NCBI RefSeq assembly: GCF_000143415.4
Contig: NW_003314357.1
Coordinates: forward strand, 592,710-656,709
Direction: 5' to 3'
Origin: Selaginella moellendorffii
Taxonomy: Eukaryota > Plantae > Lycopodiophyta
Length of the DNA stretch: 64,000 nt
Below the pieces are notes generated by a model that saw only the letters and a program-made list of their open reading frames with translations, made no database searches and was not told where the DNA came from. The translations under genes were made by a program, and so were the position numbers. Positions 35,978 to 48,634 of this stretch are shown here, piece by piece. Within the stretch, counting starts at the first letter, position 1; every line of letters begins with the position of its first letter.

Positions 35978-36967
35978 ATAAATGACCATCACTTAAGTTT
36001 AATTTTTCAATTATAACTATATAGCATCAAGTAATTGCATAAATTGTAGCTTCAGAATCAAAGGAAAAGGAGGCTACTATTCTACCATGAAGTTGAACGA
36101 AAAAAAATAGCAAAAAAGAAGAATTTGAAAATACTATAAAGAAAGTGAGATTTAAATGATGCAAAAGTTAGATCTAAACTAAAATCCCAAATCAAAGCAC
36201 TCTTTAAGGATAATCAAAATTACCTCTCATTTCCACCAATATGAGTGTATAGAATATTAAAATGGAATATAGAAATATGTAATATCAATTAGCCCAAAAA
36301 CCCTAGCTTATATAAGTGGTCTGGATTAAAATCAATCTAAAAACTATTAAAATTCCATTATGCTAATATTAGTATATGGCATTGTAACCTATAACATTAA
36401 ATTTTCTAGTGTAATTCAATTAATCATATATATAAATAAATTTTTATTTATTTTTATTTTAGTTGCTAAACTTTTATGTGTAATAAACTAAAATTTATGT
36501 CATTAAAAATTAAAAATTATGAAAATATTTACTTACGTATGAAAATTTTAAAATTATTGCTCTTTGAAATTTTCTAGTGTAACTCAATTAATCATGTATA
36601 TTAAAAAAATTTCATTTATTTTTGTTTTAGTTGCTACTTGTGTTATTAACAAATTATGGCAATCTTTGTCTATGTAAAACAAATTTAAAATTACCATTCT
36701 TATCTTCTGCCAATGTGGGGTGGGGCAGGAGAGCTATGCATTGTCCTCAATGTCATTGACAAATATCTCTCTTACCTCCTTGAAACAATTTTAGGTTTCT
36801 GAATGACAATCAATGCCAAATTTGCTCTTATAGCAATTCAGGACAAGGTTATGGTATACCAGTTGGTAAAATTCAGCTTTGATTCAAGCATTTGAATTGT
36901 TAACAAAGCTCTGATTTAGAAAATTTAGATTTAGAAAATGGTAAAGGATATTCTTTCCCTTGTACTT

Positions 36968-38131
36968 CTAGAGCGTGATGGAACAGCAAGAGACCGTTGG
37001 CAGTAGCTCAAACGGCATCTCAATCTCTTCCCAAATTCGTTTGTTCTTGGCAATCTTTGCCCGACACAACGAAGTCGACGTTCGGCGATGATCATCCACG
37101 ATTTGGCAGCACCGGGTCACGTACTCGTCACTGCCCTCTCCAATCCCCATGAGCAGCAAATCCTCTCCTTCCTCCTCCTCATCCTCGCAATCCGAGCTAG
37201 ACGATGGCGGCCTCCCGGCAGGGCAGCAAATCCTCCCATTCACAGCCGTCCACCACCGCCGCTCACACCGACCCAGCATCCTCTCCATCGCCGCCGGGTG
37301 AGGAGCCCTATGGAGCACGCCCGAGGAGATCACGCACGACTGGAGCACATCCCTGTTGCTGCTGCCGGAATCCACGATCTCCCACCGGCAATCGCGCCTC
37401 CCAATCTCCAAAACCTCCATGCAATTCAGCCATATCTGCTGATCCCCGTGATCGCAGGGGAGGAGCGTGAACCCGCCGACCACGCACATGATCCCATTCT
37501 CGATCACCGCCCCTGTGCAATCCGCCCGGGGGATCTCCAGCTCCGGCAGATCGTTCCAGCAATCCCTGTCGATCGAGTAGGCTTCCACGGAAGAGAGCGC
37601 CAATCGATCGTCGTCGCCACCCTGGCCGCCGGCGACGATAATCTTGTCCTTCCAGGCTAGGCACGCGAATCCAGCCCTCGCCTGGCGCATACCAGCGCAG
37701 CAAATCCATCGCCGCTTGTACGCTCGCAAATCCATCGCGAAGACGCTGTCAAGAAACTCCAAGCTGGGAAGAGCCCTACCGCCGAGAACAAAGAGCTTGC
37801 CCTCCACGCAAATGCATCGCGCCGACATGGGCACGCCGCAAGGGACTCCAGGGATTGGCGGCAATTGCTCCCAGCTCCCCAGCTCTGGATCATACACCGA
37901 GACCGCCAATTCCAGCGCCGATTGTGATTCCGGAGAGGGAATTCTATGGATCGCCGCGAACATCTTCTTGGGGCAATCGGATTCCAGCTGCAATGCGCCT
38001 CTCCAGCCCTTGCTCACCGCTCGAATGGAGCGGCAATCCCACCACGAGCTCGCCCTGGTGAGGATTTCATCGCGTACCAGATGATCGGGGAGGCCATGGA
38101 TCAAACTCTTTTGCTGCGTGAGCGTCGCCAT
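36968..38131 (-). CDS. F-box/kelch-repeat protein
   Basis: LIHGLPDHLVRDEILTR...RAVSKGWR F-box; kelch repeats GKLFVLGG, DKIIVAGG, VEAYSIDRDCW, MCVVGG; intronless, 387 aa. Confidence 0.9.
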   Translation of the reverse strand: MATLTQQKSLIHGLPDHLVRDEILTRASSWWDCRSIRAVSKGWRGALQLESDCPKKMFAAIHRIPSPESQSALELAVSVYDPELGSWEQLPPIPGVPCGVPMSARCICVEGKLFVLGGRALPSLEFLDSVFAMDLRAYKRRWICCAGMRQARAGFACLAWKDKIIVAGGQGGDDDRLALSSVEAYSIDRDCWNDLPELEIPRADCTGAVIENGIMCVVGGFTLLPCDHGDQQIWLNCMEVLEIGRRDCRWEIVDSGSSNRDVLQSCVISSGVLHRAPHPAAMERMLGRCERRWWTAVNGRICCPAGRPPSSSSDCEDEEEEGEDLLLMGIGEGSDEYVTRCCQIVDDHRRTSTSLCRAKIAKNKRIWEEIEMPFELLPTVSCCSITL

Positions 38132-40039
38132 TCTTTCTCGCTATCTCTGTCCAAAAGCCCTAATGTTTCGGGCATAGATATACCCAATTTCATTGTTTGA
38201 AAGATTCAAAGTGACGTGGCAGGATCGCTATTGGCCATTTGTCGTGTAGTGATGTGACACGTCACTGTGCCACCACGTGGCATGATTCAACGGGTGATTC
38301 GCCGGCTCTATCTATGCAAAAGCGCGGCAGATTTAAAATGTAGGTAGACCTCTCAAGCACGCTTCGAATCGAAACCGCGACTGACGCGTGGATAAGCTTC
38401 TTTGCTTGATATGACGCGCGTAGAAAAAATATCCTTCTTGACGGGTTCCAAAGGATCTTTGCTTCCAAATTGGAAGTTTGTGAGACCCGATCTCCGGGAA
38501 AATTCTAAAAGCTTATGAATCGTCACGTACCAATGACTGAGAGGAGATCAATCGATCAGATTGAAGTGCTCCTAATCACTGTTGTTTGATCAATGACTTA
38601 TCGACCGCTCTCAAGCGCTTGCTCGCAAAAAGTTAAAACTTTTTTGAGAATGAATCCATACCCACCAAAGTGAATTTCACCAATCCATCCAGCACAAGAC
38701 TGCGAGAAAGGAAAGAAAAAAAAACATTAGAGGAGGAGAGAAATGAGACTTACATTCTAGCATGGCGTCAAGTCGTCAAGTGCTGGCGTTACTTTGTAGA
38801 CAAGCTTGTTGATTTCTAACACGCCACACAACGAAGCAGTCGGATCGAGAAGGACGTTGACATGATCAGAGTTCTCGACATTTTTTGTGTTGTTTGGAGC
38901 GACGAGCTTTGACAATCATCGAAAGCGACCACTTAAATACCTTTGTTTGTAGCGGTGGACGAACTGGATGGAGCATGAAACGTCGAGTGATTGATAGAAA
39001 TGATGAGCCGAAAGCAAAGCTCAATGAAGCCTGAGAAACCCACACAGCATGATTGAAACACACAAGCTTAGAAGAAGCCGGAATCTTTGACTTACAAAAA
39101 CCGGGGCAGAGACGTACCAGAGCATTTTCGGGCTCATCAGAAAACCAGTACAGGCAGGCTGCCTTTGTTTGCATCCGCCGTTGCTTTCCTAAGTTTCATT
39201 AGTTTTTTTCCCTCGCTCGACCCCTGAGACAACGAACCAAAAGCATTAGAGAAACGGAGAGAAGATTAAGTTACTAGTACCTGTAAACATCTGGCTCACG
39301 GGATCTATTGTAGATATACTGCACTGCGCTGATATATATGGTCCCGAGACAATATAAACATACCCGCTAGCTTCCACCCGTATAGAGTCACGTGAAATCT
39401 CGACCAGATTTCCCAGCTTGTTGCAGCAGAGAATGATTATGATTATACCCGCAAGGCACTGGGGAAAATTCCTGCGGCCCCGTGAGCCACTGCCAAGAGA
39501 AAAAAAAAATGGCAATGCTTAGGCCTGACTGACAACAATGTGACCCAAGCTTGTTTAGAAAAATACCTCTGTTTTGCAGTTTTGCTTTCTTGGTCTCGTG
39601 AGTCTTAAGCAGCTCTCCTCCACTGGTCCTCCAAAGTGGCGCCTTCTTCAATGAGCTTTTTGCGAAGTGAGGCTCCCAATACCAGAAAGCTGAAGACCAC
39701 CTGGTACGCGGTACAGCCAGGTCTACTCTACCTCTGCTTTGGTCCGGCTTGTTTGGTTGCTTCTTACGCTAGAACACTCTCTCGTCTTCTAATTCGTCGC
39801 TCGGTCTCTCCAAAGAGCTGCAAGGACGTGGAACAAAAGAGATTTGACAAGACTCACAGGTGCGTTACAGCTTGTTGCTTTCTCGCTTCTCTAGCTCTAA
39901 AGCTTTGCTTGATTCTGCAGACAAGGATTGAAAGCAAGTCTAGAAAAGCAAAGACCAACTTGGAATGTTTAAATGCATACCTTGGCTCATCGCAGAAGCA
40001 GCGGTTCTATGGTCGTCTCAGAGGATTTAGCTCCTGTGC

Positions 40040-41455
40040 ATGGAAAAAGGATTGAGTGATCACCAGTCTCCCGAGCAGTCCTCCATGCCTCCCACAACAA
40101 CAAGTCTGGCTTATGGCTTGGCAGACGAACACATCTCCGGAGATCCGTCCAGGAAGCATTTGGTCTCGTCCGGCAAGCCACCGCTGTATCTCCGAGAAGA
40201 AAGCCCATCAGCACCAACAACACAAAGAACGTCCTCACCTCAGATGGATCAGAGTGACAGGATCGAGCTCACGCAGCTCCCCGCGTTGCAGCGCGGCGAC
40301 GGCCGCTGGGCAGCAAGTCTGTTGATCGAGTGCGCAGCAGCAGTCGTCCAGAAAGACGCTGCTCGAGTCCAGCATTTCATGTGGATGCTCAACGAACTTG
40401 CTTCTCCATACGGGGACTTCGACCAGCGGCTAGCATCGTGCTTCCTCCAGGGACTCTTCTGCCGGATCACCGGGACGGGCTCCCGCCAACACCGAGTGCT
40501 GTGCTCCGCGGCGGAGAGACAGTGCCTCTTCGATCCAATGCGCAAGATGATGCTCAAGTTCCAAGAGATGAGCCCCTGGACAACTTTCGGTCACGTCGCG
40601 GCCAACGGAGCTCTTATGGAAGCCGTGGAAGGCGAGTTTCGCGTCCACATCCTGGACGTGAGCAGCACCATGTGTACCCAGTGGCCGACTTTGCTGGAAG
40701 CTCTTGCCACCCGCTCGGACGGAGCTCCACACCTGAGACTGACGAGCATTCTGGTAAGCTCCGAGGAGGCGGTCGTCAAAGTCATGACCGAGGTCGGCGC
40801 TCGCCTCCGAAAGTTTGCAAGGCTGATGGGAGTCCCGTTCGAGTTTCGGCTCCTCCAGCAGCCGGAGCTCGAACTGCTCGACGTCGCTACCATCCAGCCT
40901 CGAGCCGGAGAAGCGCTCATCGTCAACTGTATTCACTCGCTACACAATGTGTCCGAGAGGCCGCCTCCTTCTTCCTCGTCTTCCGCTGCTTCTCCACGAG
41001 ATCTAGTCCTCAACACCTTCCGGAGCCTGAATCCCAAGCTCGTGATCATCGCAGACGACGAAGCCGACCTCATATCTCGAGGAGACTTCATGAGCCGATT
41101 CGTGGAAGCAGTCCGCTACTATTCCCTCTTCTTCGAGTCTGTGGAGGAGAGTTTCCCGAGAACGAGCAACGAGAGGCTGATGCTGGAGAGAATTGTGTCA
41201 CGGAAGATCGTCAACCTGTTAGCCTGTGACGAAGCGAGCATCTCGGAGAGGCAGGAAAAGAGCAGCCAGTGGGTGATGAGGATGCGGAGAGCCGGCTTCG
41301 CACTCGCAAAGTTCAGTGACGATGTAGCCGATGACGCTCGGGCGCTGCTCAAGCGGTATAAGGAAGGCTGGGGATACACCAACACCGACGTTGGCCTCTT
41401 TCTCACTTGGAAGGAGCAGCCCACTGTGTTTGCCACCTCTTGGAAACCATTCTGA
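40040..41455 (+). CDS. SHR: GRAS transcription factor, SHORT-ROOT subfamily
   Basis: MWMLNELASPYGDFDQRLA, KFQEMSPWTTFGHVAANGA, VHILD, CTQWPTLLEALATR, FPRTSNERLMLER, FATSWKP. Confidence 0.93.
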   Translation: MEKGLSDHQSPEQSSMPPTTTSLAYGLADEHISGDPSRKHLVSSGKPPLYLREESPSAPTTQRTSSPQMDQSDRIELTQLPALQRGDGRWAASLLIECAAAVVQKDAARVQHFMWMLNELASPYGDFDQRLASCFLQGLFCRITGTGSRQHRVLCSAAERQCLFDPMRKMMLKFQEMSPWTTFGHVAANGALMEAVEGEFRVHILDVSSTMCTQWPTLLEALATRSDGAPHLRLTSILVSSEEAVVKVMTEVGARLRKFARLMGVPFEFRLLQQPELELLDVATIQPRAGEALIVNCIHSLHNVSERPPPSSSSSAASPRDLVLNTFRSLNPKLVIIADDEADLISRGDFMSRFVEAVRYYSLFFESVEESFPRTSNERLMLERIVSRKIVNLLACDEASISERQEKSSQWVMRMRRAGFALAKFSDDVADDARALLKRYKEGWGYTNTDVGLFLTWKEQPTVFATSWKPF

Positions 41456-41989
41456 GAGCCTGTATAAATCCAAAAGATTTTCCCCCGAGTTCTGGTTCCC
41501 GGTTCCTGGTTGGATTGGATCCATCAAGTTCTCTGTTCCAAATCGCTTGACTTGTCGAGAGCCTCCATTGTTCGTTTGGATCTTCGCGATGATCAAGTTG
41601 CTGGAAACTTATTTTTACGTTCTTCCATAGTCCACGAAAGTGAAGAAAACCGTGCTCGTTGCTTGGACCTCGGATCAAACGTTTCTGCCTTGGAAACCAT
41701 GCTGAACTTTTTAATTCCTTGACTAGCTTATCATAACCTGATTGCCAGCTCTTGGAAACCTTGAAACTTTTGACGCGCTTGCTTGGCTAGCTAGACGTTT
41801 TTAAATCCAATGCTCTTACCATATTAGTTCCTGCGCTGTCCGGAACTTTTTAATCCAAAACCTTTCCTCCACCATCGACAAATCGTCCTGCAGAACAAAA
41901 AATAAATTAGCAACGCATCGATCTTAGCAACTCGATTTTAGCAACAAGAAAGTCCAGTCGCCATGCAAGAAGAAAACTAAAAAGAAAGA

Positions 41990-42500
41990 AATGCGTACCT
42001 CGCAAAAGGAAGATCCCAGTCCTCTTTGCTTCATTCCCTGGAAGAGATTCTCGGCTTCTTGCAAGAGCTCCTCCCGGCCAAGTGATAATCTCACCAGCAT
42101 CGTCGTGAAAGAGACTAGATCGAGCTCCGGTATCGCGTGGAACAGCTCTTGCGCTGGGCGAATCCGGCCACCACCGAGTTCCGCGCGCTGTGGCATCTCG
42201 TCGAGGCGTCTGCAAGATCCGTGCTGGGAGTAGACAGTGAGCATGATCGTCCAAGAAACGATGCTCCATTCTTCCTCGAAATACGCCGCTAGCATCGAGT
42301 TCCAAGAAAAGAGACCGCGCTCTTCTATCTGATCGAAGATCGCCCTGGCGCTACCAGCATCCCCGATCTGGGACTAGGCGCGGTGGGATCTTGTGCCCTG
42401 GACGATCGGGGCATCGCATCAAACACCGCCTTGGCGCCTTCCAGATCGCCGTTGCGAGAATACGCGCTGGCGAGATCCAGGCCGGATGAGGCAAGAACAC
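41990..42500 (-). pseudogene. Fragmented PLS-type PPR gene
   Basis: AYSRNGDLEGAKAVFDAMP, FSWNSMLAAY, IVSWTIMLTVYSQHG and AQELFHAIPELDLVSFTTML appear in shifting frames with internal deletions. Confidence 0.75.
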
Positions 42501-42677
42501 ATCGCGCCAGATCGCGGTATAGCTCCCGCGCTCCGGCCAGCGTCGTGCTCGCTTCGAGGCATCCCTTGTGATCCAAGCGCATTTTTCTTCTTCTCTTCAA
42601 AAATTTCCATCCCGAGCGAAGAACCCTAAAAACAGGGACCAAGCCCTTAGGGTGAAGAGAAGAGAGGGAAAGGAAGG

Positions 42678-44326
<1,649 letters not shown>

Positions 44327-44838
44327 GAAGAGTAACGACGAAAGGGAAAACAAATCAAGGAAGCGAACGAACGAACGAGCCTGTGCGCGTTGCTCATTAC
44401 GACGTTAGGCTCTCCGGTGGCTTCCTCTCGCCCAAGACAAGTTTTACAGTAAGATCGATTTCCAGGCTCGCGATGTCTCTATTGACAGAAGACCGTTTCT
44501 CTCTTGTTTTTTTCTTCTTCTTCTGATGACTCGAATGAATAAAGTTTGCAGACAAATAAATCTTTACGAAAGAACTTCGAGAAGAAAATAGGAAATTCTT
44601 TGAGCTTAAGAAGATCGAAGGTAGAAAGAAATTCCTGCCCTGGATCGGAAAATCCGGTTGTTAGAAACAAAGATTTTACCTTTTGGTGCATGCAATCCTC
44701 CGTGTGAGCCACAGGCTGCCAGGTGCTACGTCCATGCCAGCCCCAAATCCAAATAAAAGACCAATGGATCTCCTCTTCTTTCCCACACAGCTCCAATTCT
44801 CCATCTCCAGTCCATCAATCACAAGCTCTTCGATCGCC

Positions 44839-45219
44839 ATGGGCGATCTCGTCAAGTCCAAATCCAATGATTCCGGCATCACGCTCCAGCATCTCAAGCA
44901 GCGATCCTCTGCGCGCCGCGTTCTTGGCATCCTGGCGATCCTGGCAGTGGGAGCGATGGTGCTGGGGGGCGGCGCCGTGGCACTCTTGCTCGTCTCGCCG
45001 ATCCTCCTCTTTTTTAGCCCTATCCTGGTGCCGCTGGCGATCCTGGCGACGGGGGCGGCGGTGGCATTCATCGCTTTCGTGGCGACCATTACCTGGATCT
45101 ATAGGTATGCGAGGGGCGGGCGCCCGGCTGGATCACAGCGCCTGGATGCAGTCAAGAGCCGCGTGATGGAGAAGCCTTCACAGGTGAGTGACAAGGCGGC
45201 TGCTACTCGTTCGCCTTAG
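44839..45219 (+). CDS. Oleosin (short hairpin)
   Basis: Proline knot PILLFFSPILVP (PX5SPX3P) within a long uncharged stretch; C-terminal WIYRYARGGRPAGSQRLD. Confidence 0.88.
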   Translation: MGDLVKSKSNDSGITLQHLKQRSSARRVLGILAILAVGAMVLGGGAVALLLVSPILLFFSPILVPLAILATGAAVAFIAFVATITWIYRYARGGRPAGSQRLDAVKSRVMEKPSQVSDKAAATRSP

Positions 45220-46719
45220 AACTTTGAGTTCCCGCCTGTTTCTTTTTAAATTTATACAAGTCTTATTAATGATTATTAAGATTGAGTTGCCAGTATTATT
45301 GATTAAGTCCTAATAAATATGAAAATGCAAAAATGATTATTCTTATAGCTATATTTTTTTATTTAAACTATATATTTATATAGGTAATTAACAAGAAATT
45401 TTAGAGAAAATGCTATGTGCAGATGGTAAAGGTATATTCTGAGAATATTATTATTTTATACTTGTGTTATAAAAATTTTAATCATAAACTGTTTTGCTTT
45501 ATTTTTTTTACTAATTTTATTTTCATTGTAAGCTTATCTCTTGATTGAGAAGCACTCTTCCACGTGGCTTTGAGGTGACACTAGGACCTATGCCGCTAAG
45601 GCTACATTGCTTGCTTTGAGGGGGAAGACAAAATTTTTTCGGTGATGTATTTCCAAAAATATGTTAAAGAGTGTGGTAAGAGAGAACAGGAAAATCTCTC
45701 TATGACTGATTTGTGGATGGTAGCATGCTGTAAAGATGTGGAAGGATCCATTTATAAAGCACTCATGCTCAATGGCAAGCACTAGGACTCTCTCCTTTAT
45801 CCCTTCTTAGCAAGAAAGGACCTTGGACATGATCATGGGGATGGAGCTCAGCCGATGGCTTGTTTTTTGCTCAAGCCTCGCCATGATCGATGGTCTCACT
45901 TTTTTTTCATTCATTATAAATTGCTTGAGCTTCTTTTTGTGTCCTCTTCTGTAAAGGATGCTATGACGAGCTGGTTGAACACTTGCAAGCAAAGCAAGAA
46001 GAATCTCAAGAGACCCCTGCTGGCAGTGCCACCTCTAATGATGTGTGAAAATGTAGCACTTAGCCAAGAAAGAGAAAGGACATTACTACTATGCTTCAAA
46101 AGAAGGGTGGAGTCAAGCCAAACAACAACATCTTCATGACCAGAATCAGGCAGTTGCTACTCCACTTCTCTTGACTTCCACAAGTTTCAAGAGGACCTGG
46201 AGTGAACTTGATTGTGTGAATACTAGTTATTAGGGCAATTTATTATTGTAAGGAATAAAATAAACCAAACTACAATTTTACAATTAGATAACAAGAATGA
46301 CATGGAACTATCCCCTTTTAGCATTCCGTTTTTACCATTAGTTTAAATTTCTAAATTTAATGTCATAATTTTTATTTTATTTTATTTATATCACATTGAT
46401 TGAAAAAACCTTATGAATAGAAATAAAGAAATAATATAATTAACTAAACGTTGATTGCTATAAGTTTTAGACAAACCATTATTGTGTTTATGGCTCTATA
46501 GAAAAAATATACATATGTATATGATCTTTGATCACTACGGTTGGCGTTAAAGGTATCAGTGGAGCTAGAGCAGTCTGAACTGATCAGGGAATTTGTACCT
46601 CTTCTCAAAAGGTATGAGAGACCTTCCATCTCTTGGCATTGGCCGGTTATGGAATATAACCAGCCAAGATCCAACGGCTGAGCTCAAAGAGCACTCAGTT
46701 CCTTTATTGCTTAGAAACT

Positions 46720-48634
46720 CTACCCAGCCGTGACAACGTTAAGGTCCAGTCTTCTTCTTCTGGCAGCAACTAAATCCTCAACGTGAGAAAGCCAAGCCCT
46801 CTGTTCATGGCTGTTTGCAACGTCTCTTAGAACTCCAAGGTGTCGTGCCTGAATGAGATATATGAGACAGGCACCTTCATCAAACACACTTTTCACTTAC
46901 CAGCCAACGCTCAAAAGCACGCAACCTCCGCCGCTGCCCATTCCAGTAGCTATGTGACGGCAATGGCAAAGTGCCTAGAACTACGGACAAGTATTGTAGA
47001 ACAAAGGTTGGATTATCCGTAGAAGTCGCCAGATTGTAGTTTGCCGCCTGTCAACAATACCTCATTAGAGAACACAGAAAAGGAAAGAAAGGAAGCAAGA
47101 TTACTCTTAGAGGTGCCCCGTTATGTACTGCAAAAAACACAAGGTCCAACCCCGGTTGTAAAAGGAACTGTAATGAAAAGAAACAATTCCATCAAGGGCC
47201 AATTCAAACGACAAACTTACTATCGGAGCTCCAGATGATCCAGAGAGCGAAGAAAGAGACGTTGCCACCATTGTAGAATTGTAATCGACAACCCTGCCTA
47301 CACTGAGAATCGAGTCACCGTCTACGAAACCACAAAACGACTCTTTTAGTGCACTCTCGATGTTGAGTGCGAGTCTTTTGGTTAACTCCATTTTGAACTG
47401 CAGGAGATCCTGATCAGAGTTGTGCTTCGCCAATTCGCTGCAATAAAAGTCCAAGGATATGAGATGACTGTCCAAACGTTTAGAGCCCACCTCCGGTACT
47501 CGTCTTCAACGAGAAAGGAGTACGTTTTCAACAATGCCCACTTTTCCTGCTCCTCTCCACTCTCCAGCACTTTCCTGATAACAGAAGAACCTGAGAGCAA
47601 AAAATAAGAAACTACAAGCGAGTAACACACAACTTACAGGGGTAGCTGACCATGCCGCAGGCAGCATCCTTTGCATCCTCAGCTTCGGCCTCCAAAGAAC
47701 AAGGCAACCAGAAAGTCGCAAACCTTGGAGATGTTGTAGCCCTCTTGCAGTCTCCAAACTTATCGTCTTTTGTGGTCTCCCACAATCCCGCATCTGCATT
47801 CTCCAAGTACGCCTCCCCGTTTCCAGCGTGAATGACATCCAGCACAGGATCCACGGTTTTCACGTCAGCGACCACTGGAAGTTCCTTGAATTCCAACAGC
47901 GCCCTGGGCGTCGCAGCTTTCAAGAGCATTTCTGGCCTGAAAGTTGTGACCAAGGCAGCCCGCCATCGCGTCATGACGTTGCCTTTCTCGTCTTTCAGCA
48001 TGTGTCGAGCACTGGCCCCATAGCTGGAGCTCAAGGGAAAGAAAACCCCCGGCACCAGCTTATCCTCTTTTCCGCGGGCGTCCATCCTGAAAGTAGCCAT
48101 GGCGTTCCTTTCCACTATAGCCTGCCCTGCGACCATGAGATGCCTGGGACTATCGACGATTCCTTCGCCTAGAATCTTCCACTTTTCCCTTTCGGATACA
48201 TCTAGGTGCGCGTTGCCCGTGATGAGGTAGAGAGGAGACAAGCAAAACTCGTCTTCTGGCCCCAAATCGGCGTCTCGCACGCCTCTTTGGAGGATCTCCT
48301 GTTCGGCGGCTTCCTGTTCGGCTTCTTCTTCGAAGATGAGACTCGGGGGAGGATCTAGCACAGACCTTGGACGCCATTCCATCCCGTGCGCCATCTCCAG
48401 TCCTAGAAGCGCCTCTTCGAACCCGCCCTCGCCCTCGCCCTCCATCTCTCGCTCAAGAACCCTATCAAGAACCCTATCTACTCTTTTAAGTAGCGATAGC
48501 CGAATTTTGTGGGCCGCCGGATTTGGCCAATCGGCGCCGTCGGATGCGGGGTAACCCGTTTTCCTTACACGCTCCAAGAAAAAAATTCTCCTTTTACCGC
48601 GGCTCCTCTTCCGCCCTGCAGCTGCGACTTCCAC
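46720..48634 (-). CDS. Spliced trypsin-like (PA clan) serine protease-domain protein; start codon uncertain
   Basis: GT-AG introns of ~50 bp join in frame to give SARHML...GMVSYP...SLSSLSGSSGAPIFLL...FFAVHNG...NYNLA, with the stop at 46720-46722. Confidence 0.65.

Larger units (their letters stand above)
28827..36392 (-). mobile_element. Decayed short-LTR Ty3/gypsy retrotransposon, copy A (with nested insertions)
   Basis: LTRs at 28827-28998 and ~36240-36392. PPT complement tcatcccctcctctc at 28999. PBS-like site at 36223-36238. Remnant RT (FGLYEFLVV..LNNT..TFQQMMD), RNase H and integrase with many stops. Candidate TSD aacat. Confidence 0.85.

Noticed and set aside
36397-36640. ~75-bp AT-rich direct repeat
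   Set aside because: Degenerate local duplication with no element hallmarks
39636-40055. 139-aa ORF overlapping the SHR start as a regulatory uORF
   Set aside because: GTG start, no recognisable homology and no supporting evidence
40330-41229. 299-aa alternative-frame ORF inside SHR
   Set aside because: Arg/Pro-rich off-frame product typical of GC-rich coding DNA, with no motif
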